From: an uncultured delta proteobacterium
Lineage (GTDB): Bacteria > Desulfobacterota > Binatia > UBA9968
Reading direction: 5' to 3'
DNA length: 64,000 nt
Assembly: GCA_963840855.1 (NCBI GenBank)
Contig: CAWJBB010000040.1
Coordinates: forward strand, 96,001 to 160,000
This document shows, piece after piece, positions 30,868 through 39,531 of the stretch. Below the pieces are notes generated by a model. It worked only from the letters and a program-made list of their open reading frames with translations, was not told where the DNA came from and searched no databases. The first letter of the stretch is position 1. Each line of letters begins with the position of its first letter. Made by a program: the position numbers and the translations under genes.

Positions 30868-31932
30868 TCACTCCTCCAAGAATTTTTTGAGCCGTTGGAC
30901 AACTTCTGGTGGCTGCACGATCACCTGTTTGGCCAACGAGTCAAGCTCCTCGCCGGCTACAGGCGCGACCGGCCATCGCCGCTTTTTTGTCTCCGCCAAA
31001 AACTCTTCATCTTTCATTGTTCTATTCCACGCCTCGCGCAAGATTTTTACTCGCTCGGCAGGAACTCCAGGAGGAGTTAGCCAGGGACGACCAAAGATAT
31101 TCGATGCCAAGCATCACCGTAGCCAACCGCCGACCAATCTCAGGTGTTTTATACTGGTCCATCAGCTCATAGATAGTAGGGACATTCTCCACTAAAGGAT
31201 CCCGTTTCTTCCCCGTCTGAGCCAGGGGACGAACAAAACCCTTTTTCCCCCAAGCAATGTAAGGCTCGCGGCCAAAAAAAGCGGTAACGGAAATGGAACG
31301 ACAGCGCACCTCGCCCCTCTCGATGGCAAGATCAACATCCGGCCCCCCCGTATAGCCTGAGACCAGGGTGAGTTTCATTCCCAGGACCTCCTCCAAAAGC
31401 TTGGGTACCTGGTGTACAAACGAGCCCGACCCTGTGGTGCCGCATTTGGGCGGCTCTGTCGCTGAGCGCATATCCTCGATGCTTTTGTAAGGACTATCCG
31501 CGCGAGTAATAAACAACCATTCGGTTTGCTCCGGCGTGCCGATCCAATTGAATCTGGCCCAATCGAACTGCACTTCCTTTCGCCCAATTAGCTGGTCCGT
31601 GTAGATTCCCGGAATGATAGCGCCGATGGTGAGCCCATCCGGTTTGGCAACGTTGTACAGATAATTTGCCGCAACCAGTGAGCCTGCTGCCGGCATGTTC
31701 TGCACGACGACGTTGGGGTTGCCCGGGATCTGCTTTCCTATGTGGTTGGCAAATGGCGCGCCCAAAGATCATAAAGACCGCCGGCCTGATTGCCTATGAT
31801 GAGGGTTATGCTCTTTCCCTGATAGAACGGGGCCTGGGCATGGAGTGCGGGGCTAAAGATCAAACTCGCCGCAAGGAAAGATAAAAACACTAGAATAGGA
31901 ATAATGGCCGCGCCTGTCCCAGATTTCCTCAT
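30868..31932 (-). pseudogene. Second Bug/TctC binding protein, frameshifted; paralogue of 27324-28383
   Basis: Three ORF pieces (31738-31932, 31022-31765, 30868-31110) join into a full-length TctC. Confidence 0.85.
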
Positions 31933-31968
31933 GGTAGCCTCCTGCTTCAGTTCGGAGAGGAGAACTAA

Positions 31969-31985
31969 GTGATAGGAATTTGCTT
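31969..31985 (-). promoter_or_regulatory. 3' box only of the conserved leader module (copy E, truncated)
   Basis: AAGCAAATTCCTATCAC on the minus strand; upstream part replaced by the heptamer array at 32026. Confidence 0.55.
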
Positions 31986-32025
31986 TTGGGAAAACTGTGC
32001 TCGCCTCTATAACATATGACACCCT

Positions 32026-32118
32026 GTTCAAGGTTCAATGGCTTCGCCTGTTCAACGTTCAATGTTCAAAGTTAAGGAGGGGACGGGTCGTTGAACCTTG
32101 AACGCGGAACCTTGAACC
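32026..32118. repeat. Inverted pair of heptamer arrays
   Basis: gttcaaggttcaatg...gttcaacgttcaatgttcaaagttaagg ... gttgaaccttgaacgcggaaccttgaacc. Confidence 0.8.
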
Positions 32119-32173
32119 GCTCCGGAAGCGCCTGTCTCGACCTAGTTGCCGTGCCTGGCGCGCGACGAAGATC

Positions 32174-32679
32174 CTATTTGATGACCTTGACCTGGCCACG
32201 TATCTCGCCGCCCGTCGACAGGCTCGTGTGTACGTTAGCATAAGCGGCTCCGGCCCGCATGGCGCTGAGGGCCGCGGCAAAGTCACCAGCGCTGACCTGC
32301 TGGGCGCCTGTGGGCCCGATGACGTTCGCGGCTGTGATGGTCCCAGTCACGGTTCCGGTTTGAGGGCACTGAGGAGAGAGGCCGGTAGGATCAAGATTAG
32401 TGGCCGTCTGGCACAGAAAGATGAGATGCCGCCGTTCACGCCGGCCTGGCCGACGTGGATATGGGCCTGTGTCACCGTCCCCTGCAACTGGATATAAAAC
32501 AGGGAATAAGAGATCGAGTCCCCGATAGTGACGGCGTAAAAAGTCCCGACGGCGGCAGTCGATACGACCGGCACCTCCTCAAGCCCGGTCAGCACTGCAA
32601 TGATCTGCTCGCCCCGGGCCAAGGTGGCTGTCCCCAAAAGGGTAGCCATAACCATAACCAGAATTCGTAATCGCTTCAC
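32174..32679 (-). pseudogene. Secreted CHRD-domain protein, frameshifted
   Basis: LTGLEEVP, TQAHIH.G..GVNGG, then AYANVHT...GGEIRGQV in another frame. Confidence 0.8.
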
Positions 32680-32844
32680 AGCGCACCTCCTTGTGATCCT
32701 AAATTTGTAAGCCAGTTTTCCCCTCAGCGACTTTCAGTTCCTCCCCCGAGCCCCTCCACTACCAATTCACGCTCCTCCAAGTCAATCCCCAAATGGGTGT
32801 TTTTCATACCCCCCTAAACGGTGAAACTACTCGGCCTAATTTAG

Positions 32845-33010
32845 ATGATAGGAAATTGCTTTTCACGCGCCTGTTCGGAACGCAGATGAATTGCCCCGCG
32901 ACCAGTAGCTTAGCCCAGCTTCGAATCCTACGCAGTTACTGGAAAGAGCGAACGAGCGCTCCGATGACCGTTTCCGGCGGAGAGTATCCGAGAAGGTAGC
33001 GTTATGTCAA
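32845..33010 (-). promoter_or_regulatory. Conserved 166-bp promoter-leader module, copy C (upstream of CHRD)
   Basis: TTGACA-18 bp-TACTCT ... AAGCAATTTCCTATCAT; colinear with 39197-39362 throughout. Confidence 0.7.
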
Positions 33011-33076
33011 CTTCGGGTTGGCTTTCACATCGGGCTGGAAATTTTCTCCGCCACGGGGTAAGGAGGAACAAAATGA

Positions 33077-33214
33077 AGCTCCTCGGAGCAAAGCTCCGAG
33101 GTATCTTTGCGAAATTCTTCGAAGCCCTTCAACCCTCCTTCGCCAAGGCTACGGAGGGTTCTCCTCACCTTGATCCTCGCAGCAAGCTGCGAGGTATTCG
33201 GCGAAGGAGAATTA
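33077..33214 (+). mobile_element. ~137 bp double-hairpin element, copy 3
   Basis: Near-identical to 3663-3801 and 23037-23173. Confidence 0.85.
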
Positions 33215-33268
33215 ATTTGTGAAAGCAAGGGGCAGAAGCACCGAAGCGATCAAGCTAAGGAGCGTAAC

Positions 33269-33367
33269 ATGCAAAAGTTCAGCGAGCTTATGCGGGGAAA
33301 CGAACTCATCGTCGCTCCGGTGGCGCTCAATCCGATCATGGCTCGGCTCGCCGAGGAGGCGGGATTC
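33269..33367 (+). pseudogene. 5' stub of the ICL/PEP mutase gene at 23395
   Basis: MQKFSELMRGNELIVAPVALNPIMARLAEEAGF; DNA nearly identical to 23395-23493. Confidence 0.85.
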
Positions 33368-33682
33368 CAAGAGGCAAATTGCTTCGAGGCAGTTAGCGCC
33401 AGCGGTACCTGAGTTGAAATCTTGACAACTCCCCGGGCGAGTTGAGCCTATTCAATGCGCCCGGGCTTATTGCGCAGGTTCCAAAGTGCTCCAGCGGTTT
33501 ATGGTTGAAATCGAGAGTGAATTAGATAAAAGAACCGGAAGAGGTGCCTGTCGTCGTGAAAGTGAACCGCATCTGGAGTTTCGTTCTAACGCCTTGCTTG
33601 CTATAGGAATTGGGGACACGCCTTCTACGCCGAGAGAGATTTTCTCTCTTGCTGAGCGTTGCGGCTAAAAAGGAGGATTGAC

Positions 33683-34831
33683 ATGGTAATCGATAGGAAA
33701 ATCACCGCGATGATCTTTTCCGCCTTGTTTTTGGTCTTGTGTTCACGGCTGGCTGGTCCGGACGTCTTTGCTGCGTCAGCGAGTTCCGCCTTGTCAAAAG
33801 CCAAGCAGGAAGCGGAATCAAAGGGCTATGTTTTCTTTACGAGTCGCGATGAGATCATCAGCAAGGCGAAAAAAGAAGCAAAGATACGCGCTCTGACCGG
33901 CGCCGGCTTGGAGGCGTCCCTGCCGCCGACAACGGAAGCCTTTAAAAAGAAATATCCCTTTATCGATCTTCAGGCACAATACGTTGGCGGCACAGACGCG
34001 TCGCAGCGGTTTCTGTTGGAAGTCAAGGCCAATGCAGCCAAAGATTGGGATATCGCGCGGGCGGCAACGGATGCTTACGGCGAATGGCTGCCCCATCTCT
34101 GGAAAGTCGATATTCTGGGGATGGCCGAGCACGGAGTATTAGACATTCCTCTGCAGATGATCGACCCAAAGAATCGTAACGTTGTCGCGTTGGCGAGCCG
34201 GTTTTCAGTTGTCGTTTACAACAAAAATCTTGTTCCTCCCGCCCAGGTTCCCAAGAGTTGGGAGGACATGTTGAAGCCGGAGTACAAGGGGAAAAAATTT
34301 GCCGCCGACATCCATCCTACAGAAGTAGCCGGATTGGTACCTGGATGGGGTTTGGAAAAGACTCTCGACTATGCGCGCAAGATCGCGGCCCAGGACCCGA
34401 TCTGGTTTCGAGCCAGCGCAGCCCGCCCCCTCACGGCCCTCGGTGCCGGAGAGATTCCCATTCTCCTTTTCGGCGCTAACTACGGGAGCGCGGTGCGGGC
34501 GCAGCGCAAGGACCCACTGGGAGTCATTCAGTATACTGCTTTGGAGCCGGTTCCAGTGAGAATTACCGTGGAGGAAGCGATTCTGGCGACATCGAAGAAT
34601 CCTCACGCTGCCCTTTTGTGGTTGGAGTTCATGGCTAGTGCCGAAGCGCAATCACTGATTGACAAACACGAGCCTCTCGTCGCCTCCGTTCATAGAAAGG
34701 GTTCTGCCGTAGAGCAGGCGCTCAGAGGGAAGAAGTTATCCGTCGTTAGTTGGGAGGACCACGAAAGGTCGCAGCAGTGGATCGCCAAACTAACCGAAGC
34801 CTACGGCTTTCCCAGAGCGGAGATGAAATAG
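33683..34831 (+). CDS. ABC transporter substrate-binding protein (AfuA/SBP_bac_6-like, orphan)
   Basis: Signal peptide, FKKKYPFI, VYNKNLV..PKSWEDML.P, KNPHAALLWLEF. Confidence 0.85.
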   Translation: MVIDRKITAMIFSALFLVLCSRLAGPDVFAASASSALSKAKQEAESKGYVFFTSRDEIISKAKKEAKIRALTGAGLEASLPPTTEAFKKKYPFIDLQAQYVGGTDASQRFLLEVKANAAKDWDIARAATDAYGEWLPHLWKVDILGMAEHGVLDIPLQMIDPKNRNVVALASRFSVVVYNKNLVPPAQVPKSWEDMLKPEYKGKKFAADIHPTEVAGLVPGWGLEKTLDYARKIAAQDPIWFRASAARPLTALGAGEIPILLFGANYGSAVRAQRKDPLGVIQYTALEPVPVRITVEEAILATSKNPHAALLWLEFMASAEAQSLIDKHEPLVASVHRKGSAVEQALRGKKLSVVSWEDHERSQQWIAKLTEAYGFPRAEMK

Positions 34832-34917
34832 ACGCGCCGAGCTCTCCGGCAAACCTGACTCTCGTCCTGCGCTTACCATACAGGAGAAGAACCAGAGACT
34901 GGAAGGAGGACGCTTCG

Positions 34918-35283
34918 ATGAAGGTACTTAAACCCGACGAGATTCCCGCGGAACCAGCGAATAGTCCCCTGTTCACGGGTGGTCCCGTGACCCGACAAAC
35001 GCTGCTGACGCCTGAGATGAGCAACAACTTTAATCTTGCCGTCGTCAACTTTAGTGCCGGTGCCCGGAACAAGATGCACACCCATAGCAGCGATCAAGTG
35101 CTCTTTGTCACTGCCGGCAAGGGTATCATCGCCACGGAAACGCGGCAGGAGGTCATCAGCGTGGGCGATGTCGTGCACATTACGCAGGAAGAGAAACATT
35201 GGCATGGGGCTACGCCCGATTCCTCATTCTCCCACATTGCGTTAACCGCCAAAGGAAGCACGACCACGCAGGTGGAAAAGTAA
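34918..35283 (+). CDS. Cupin-domain protein
   Basis: FSAGARNKMHTHSSDQVL, GDVVHI..EEKHWHGA. Confidence 0.9.
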   Translation: MKVLKPDEIPAEPANSPLFTGGPVTRQTLLTPEMSNNFNLAVVNFSAGARNKMHTHSSDQVLFVTAGKGIIATETRQEVISVGDVVHITQEEKHWHGATPDSSFSHIALTAKGSTTTQVEK

Positions 35284-35351
35284 GTCAGCCCCGCTTGTTG
35301 CTTGTTGTCCCAAATCCTGTGCCATTTTCTCAGGCGTCATCACGGGCACCA

Positions 35352-36110
35352 TCAGCTCTTGGCCGGTTCCTCATGGACCTTGCGAAGGAGCGGCGCAGCC
35401 TCCGGTGAAACCATGAACCTGATCATCGCCCGCGCGGCATCCTGCTCTTTCGACACCGTCAGCAGCGCGACGCTATTTGGACAAGGCTTGTTCAGGAATC
35501 CGGGCACCGGCCCGACATAGTCGGTCCCCGGCGCGCCCACCATGATGTTGGTCTGCTGAATGCCGAGCTCGAAGTCGCCGCGCGCCAAGAAAAATGTGAC
35601 CGGCCCGGTGCCGCCGCCGGTGAGAACGACCTTTGGCTTCAACTGCTCGGTGAGGCCGAGCTGCGCGATCCCCTCCGCGGCGTGCCGGCCGCTGCAGCCG
35701 CGCGAATAGCCGATTGACTTCGCCGCCAGCAACGTCGCCCTGTAGGCATCGACCGTGCTGATATCGGGCTTCGGCGCGCCGGCGCGCACCGACACGCCAA
35801 GACCGGCGAGCATGTACGGCGTCACGGTGCCGGCCACGACCTTGCCCTTCTTGGCGAGGTCCTCCATCGCCTCGGGATTGCCCGTGATCAGGTCCGCGGG
35901 CCCGCTGTTGAGTCTCTGCTCGAGCGCCGCACCAACTTCCTGGAGGACCGTCACCTTGTGCCCGCTCGTGCGCGCGAACGCGGCGGCCAGTTCGTGGATC
36001 CCCACCGCACCCTGGCCGGTCAGGACGATGAGTTCAGCGGCTTGGGACATGGCTCCTGATAGTCCTATGAGGATTGTACCGATAGCGCACGACCGCGATT
36101 TCATTGTCAT
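35352..36110 (-). CDS. ModA-like (SBP_bac_11) substrate-binding protein
   Basis: GVSVRAGAPKPDISTV, AKSIGYS, SGRH, ELGIQQ. Confidence 0.85.
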   Translation of the reverse strand: MTMKSRSCAIGTILIGLSGAMSQAAELIVLTGQGAVGIHELAAAFARTSGHKVTVLQEVGAALEQRLNSGPADLITGNPEAMEDLAKKGKVVAGTVTPYMLAGLGVSVRAGAPKPDISTVDAYRATLLAAKSIGYSRGCSGRHAAEGIAQLGLTEQLKPKVVLTGGGTGPVTFFLARGDFELGIQQTNIMVGAPGTDYVGPVPGFLNKPCPNSVALLTVSKEQDAARAMIRFMVSPEAAPLLRKVHEEPAKS

Positions 36111-36311
36111 GGCGGCCTCCCTGATGATCTGACTTTTTTTTCATCCTAGTCGCTTTTCTAGATGCCGGCGGTAGATCGCTGCCCGCCCCTCGAAACCGAT
36201 GCCCGGTCGATCCGACAGCGTGATGGAGCCGTTCTCCACGCGCGCGTCGTCGGCAAAGCCGCCGGAGGCGCCGAACACGCCGCAGTTCGTGCAAGGTTGG
36301 CTGCGCAGCAG

Positions 36312-38675
36312 TCAGGCCCTGGCATCGAGCTCGGTCTTTACACGCTCGCGCGTGAACGGGACTTGACGAAGACGGGCACCCGTTGCGTCGAAAACTGCGT
36401 TAGCAATGGCTGCTGCTGTAACAGTGGTGGTTGTCTCTCCCGCGCCCATGGTGCTCCCGTCAGACCGGTTGATGAGGACGGTCTCGATTTTTGGAACATT
36501 GGCGTCCAGGAACAACGATGGATAGGTTGACCAGTCGATTGAAGCCACCTTTTGGTCGTCCCACGTCACTTCCTCCAGCAGCGTCCGGCTCAAGCCATGC
36601 AGGGCGCCGCCCTCAAGCTGATTCCTTAATCCGTCGGGATTTGAAATCGGGCCGCAGTCGCTGGCAATAACGAGTCGCATTAAGGTTATCTCGCCCGTGT
36701 CTTGATTGACCTCGACTTCGGCCACCATCGCGCAGTATCCGTTGTCGCCCTCATACAGCACACACGAAACGCCCCGACCCGCAGCGACGCCGGTCCGGCG
36801 AATACCGGGCCGAGGTGACGGTCGGGTCTCCCAGTTTGCTGCCTTCGCTACGGACTTCACGACTTCGGTCAATCGAGGATCGCGCAGGTGGCGAAGGCGA
36901 TACTCGACTGGATCTGCCTTCACCAGAGTGGCGATCTCGTCCATGAACGACTCATGGGCAAAGGTGTTCTGCAGCCGTGCCGGCGAGCGCAAGGGGCCTG
37001 TCCAAAACAGCGATTTGACGTTGTGCGTGAGAACACGCTGGCTGGTCACAGCACCCGTCCCTCCGCACCGTCCGCCCACACAGCCTGTGACATACGAGGG
37101 AACTGCATTGCTGCCGTTGGAAAAGTCTGTCGGGTCCGGTGCTGGTGTTCTTGCCGCGAATGCAGCAGGCTGAAAGCCGGCCAGAAAGCCGGTGATAACG
37201 TTTCCCGGATTGTTTGTCCCCGGGCGGCCGCCTAACGTCGGAGCCCACGATTCATGATCCCAAGTGATGATTGCCCCTCCGGCATCCAGGCCTGCACGTT
37301 GGTCGATGACGAAGGCAAAGCCGTAATTCTCCCAGGCCATCTCATCTTTCCGCGTGAGCTGCACCCGCACCGGTTTGCCAATTGCCTGGGACAAAAGCGC
37401 TGCATCATAAGAAACCGTGTCCGCACCGTTGATACCGTAGCAGCCGGAACCCAGTCTGAAAATGATGCGCACATTCTCGGGTGCCAGGCCGAGAACCATT
37501 GCCATGCTGTTTTTCAGCGGGTAAACCGCCTGCGTCGCCGACCAGATCGTCGCTTTACCGTCCTTTACATCGCCAACTGCACACGAGCTGCCCACCGATC
37601 CATGCATTTGGTAAGGGTAGAGGTACGTAGCTTTCACAACTCTCGCTGCGCTCGCCAATTTTTCGTCGACATCCTTCGAGTTGACGAGAAATGTGTCTCG
37701 CGTCGGCTTCTGATTCCGCAGGTATTCGTAGAAGTCACGTTGGCGCGGCAGCCCGGTACCCGGTGTCCAGGTGACCTTCAACTTGTTTGCCGCCTGAAGG
37801 GCCTGCCACGGCTTCTCTGCGACCACCCCGACGAAATTGTTCTTGACGACCACCTTCACAATGCCCGGAACACCCCGAACGGAAGCGTCCTCAACGCCGA
37901 CCAGCGTTGCCCCGACGGCCGGCGGCCTCACAACCTGGCCGTGCAGCATACCGGGCACGCGCACATTGTGGACAAACTCGAACTGTCCGGCAGCCATTGC
38001 CGGGATCTCCTCGCGCGGCACCGGCTTTCCAAGGATCGTCCATTCACTCGGATGCTTTCGTTTCGCGCCCGGGTTAAGCGGAACGCCGAATGTTCGATCT
38101 CCGACCAATTCGGCATAGCTGGCACTCTTGGAGGGGTCTGCCTTCGCGCGGATCACACCGTCCTTCACAGCAAGACGATCGACGGGTACACCCAGCTGCG
38201 CGGATGCTCTCTGCAAGAGAGCTTCGCGAGCGGTTGCACTGGCAAGGGCCAGGTTTTTCTCGTTAAAGTTTGTCGGATGCGACTGGGCGCCGGACGTCGT
38301 TCCCTGGTCCGGAGTAAGCGCCGTGTCGCACTGAATCAATTTCACGCGATCAAACGGCACGCTAAGCTCTTCGGCGATCAACTGCTTCTGCGCGGTATAC
38401 AGTCCTTGGCCTAATTCACATTTGCCGGTGTACGCGGTCACACTGCCGTCGGCGCCAATAGCGATCCACGAATCGAGCCGACTGCTACCCGCACCATCGA
38501 GGCGCTGAGCCGCTGCCGAACCGGGCGCCATCAGTCGAGTCGTCAATCCCGCCATGCTGAAGCCGACAATCAAAGCACCAGACTTTGCGATGAACTGCCG
38601 CCGCGACATTCCGGTTTTCTCGAGCGCGATGAATGCGTCAGGCGTGAGTTCCTTCGAGACGTTCAGAGGATTCAT
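36312..38675 (-). CDS. Molybdopterin-binding dehydrogenase large subunit (nicotinate/isoquinoline oxidoreductase type), Tat signal
   Basis: SRRQFI, GKCELGQG, YQMHGSVG, GSGCYG, GPLRSP, NPDGLRNQLEGG, GAGE. Confidence 0.9.
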   Translation of the reverse strand: MNPLNVSKELTPDAFIALEKTGMSRRQFIAKSGALIVGFSMAGLTTRLMAPGSAAAQRLDGAGSSRLDSWIAIGADGSVTAYTGKCELGQGLYTAQKQLIAEELSVPFDRVKLIQCDTALTPDQGTTSGAQSHPTNFNEKNLALASATAREALLQRASAQLGVPVDRLAVKDGVIRAKADPSKSASYAELVGDRTFGVPLNPGAKRKHPSEWTILGKPVPREEIPAMAAGQFEFVHNVRVPGMLHGQVVRPPAVGATLVGVEDASVRGVPGIVKVVVKNNFVGVVAEKPWQALQAANKLKVTWTPGTGLPRQRDFYEYLRNQKPTRDTFLVNSKDVDEKLASAARVVKATYLYPYQMHGSVGSSCAVGDVKDGKATIWSATQAVYPLKNSMAMVLGLAPENVRIIFRLGSGCYGINGADTVSYDAALLSQAIGKPVRVQLTRKDEMAWENYGFAFVIDQRAGLDAGGAIITWDHESWAPTLGGRPGTNNPGNVITGFLAGFQPAAFAARTPAPDPTDFSNGSNAVPSYVTGCVGGRCGGTGAVTSQRVLTHNVKSLFWTGPLRSPARLQNTFAHESFMDEIATLVKADPVEYRLRHLRDPRLTEVVKSVAKAANWETRPSPRPGIRRTGVAAGRGVSCVLYEGDNGYCAMVAEVEVNQDTGEITLMRLVIASDCGPISNPDGLRNQLEGGALHGLSRTLLEEVTWDDQKVASIDWSTYPSLFLDANVPKIETVLINRSDGSTMGAGETTTTVTAAAIANAVFDATGARLRQVPFTRERVKTELDARA

Positions 38676-39139
38676 GCTTTCACCTCCTGCGCATACCGTT
38701 TGATGGCGCGGATCATTCGCACGTGGGCGTGACAACGGCACAGCACGCCGGACATCGCGTGGCGGACTTGAGCATCCGTCGCCTTCGGGTTTCGATCCAG
38801 GAATGCTTTGGCTGTCATAATGACACCGTTGATACAGAATCCGCATTGCATGGCCTGCTCATCGATGAACGCTTTTTGAATCGGATGGGGTTTCTCGATT
38901 GTTCCGAGCCCCTCGAGTGTCGTGATTTCCGATCCCGCCACAGCAGCCACGGGCGTGATGCAAGAGCGAATCGCCTCACCCTTGACAATCACCGTGCAGG
39001 ATCCGCACTGACCGAGACCGCACCCGAACTTCGGTCCACGCAGTTCAAGATCGTCCTCGAGCACATAGAGCAGAGGAGTTGCCGGGTCCAGGTCCAGCGA
39101 GTGGCTCTGGCCATTAACTTTTAAAGTTAGAACGCTCAT
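38672..39139 (-). CDS. [2Fe-2S] small subunit of the molybdo-dehydrogenase
   Basis: KFGCGLGQCGSC, QCGFC, LCRC. Confidence 0.95.
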   Translation of the reverse strand: MSVLTLKVNGQSHSLDLDPATPLLYVLEDDLELRGPKFGCGLGQCGSCTVIVKGEAIRSCITPVAAVAGSEITTLEGLGTIEKPHPIQKAFIDEQAMQCGFCINGVIMTAKAFLDRNPKATDAQVRHAMSGVLCRCHAHVRMIRAIKRYAQEVKA

Positions 39140-39196
39140 ATCACTCCTTTCCTCCCCAAAACCGAAGCCTGAGGCAAGCGTTACGGCGGGGTGCGG

Positions 39197-39362
39197 ATGA
39201 TAGGAAATTGCTTTTCACGCGCCTGTTCGGAACGCAGATGAATTGCCCCTCGACTGGTGGCTTAGCCCAGGTTCGAAACCTAAGCAGTTACTGGCAAGAG
39301 CGAACGAACCCTCCGATGGCTGTTTTGGGCGGAGCCTATCCGACCAGGAAGCGTTATGTCAA
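39197..39362 (-). promoter_or_regulatory. Conserved 166-bp promoter-leader module, copy D (upstream of the 2Fe-2S gene)
   Basis: TTGACA-18 bp-TAGGCT ... AAGCAATTTCCTATCAT. Confidence 0.7.
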
Positions 39363-39411
39363 ATTCGCTCACTATGGTTAGATTCTTAAATGGCTTGACA
39401 GGCTTCGGGAT

Positions 39412-39456
39412 GGCTTTCACACAGGGCTGGAAATTTTCTCCGCCTCGGGGTATGGA
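39412..39456 (+). promoter_or_regulatory. Conserved motif upstream of ICL/PEP mutase genes
   Basis: ggctttcacacagggctggaaattttctccgcctcggggtatgga; also at ~23288-23330 and ~33020-33064. Confidence 0.6.
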
Positions 39457-39531
39457 CGAGCTACCGGTCGAAACCTCATATTCCAGAGGATTTTTCATGC
39501 AAGCCGACTTCCCACGAAGGGAGAATTATCA

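Noticed and set aside
27167-32118. GTTCAA-rich repeats as a CRISPR array
   Set aside because: The period is about 7 nt, there are no constant 25-45 bp repeats with unique spacers, and no cas operon is present.
32845-32861. 3' box of the leader module as a sigma-54 promoter
   Set aside because: It resembles the -12 TTGC half, but GG-N10-GC spacing is not met consistently across copies on either strand.
33421-33680. Riboswitch upstream of the AfuA-like binding protein
   Set aside because: A long leader with TTGACA and small hairpins, but I recognised no cobalamin, TPP or other known aptamer core.
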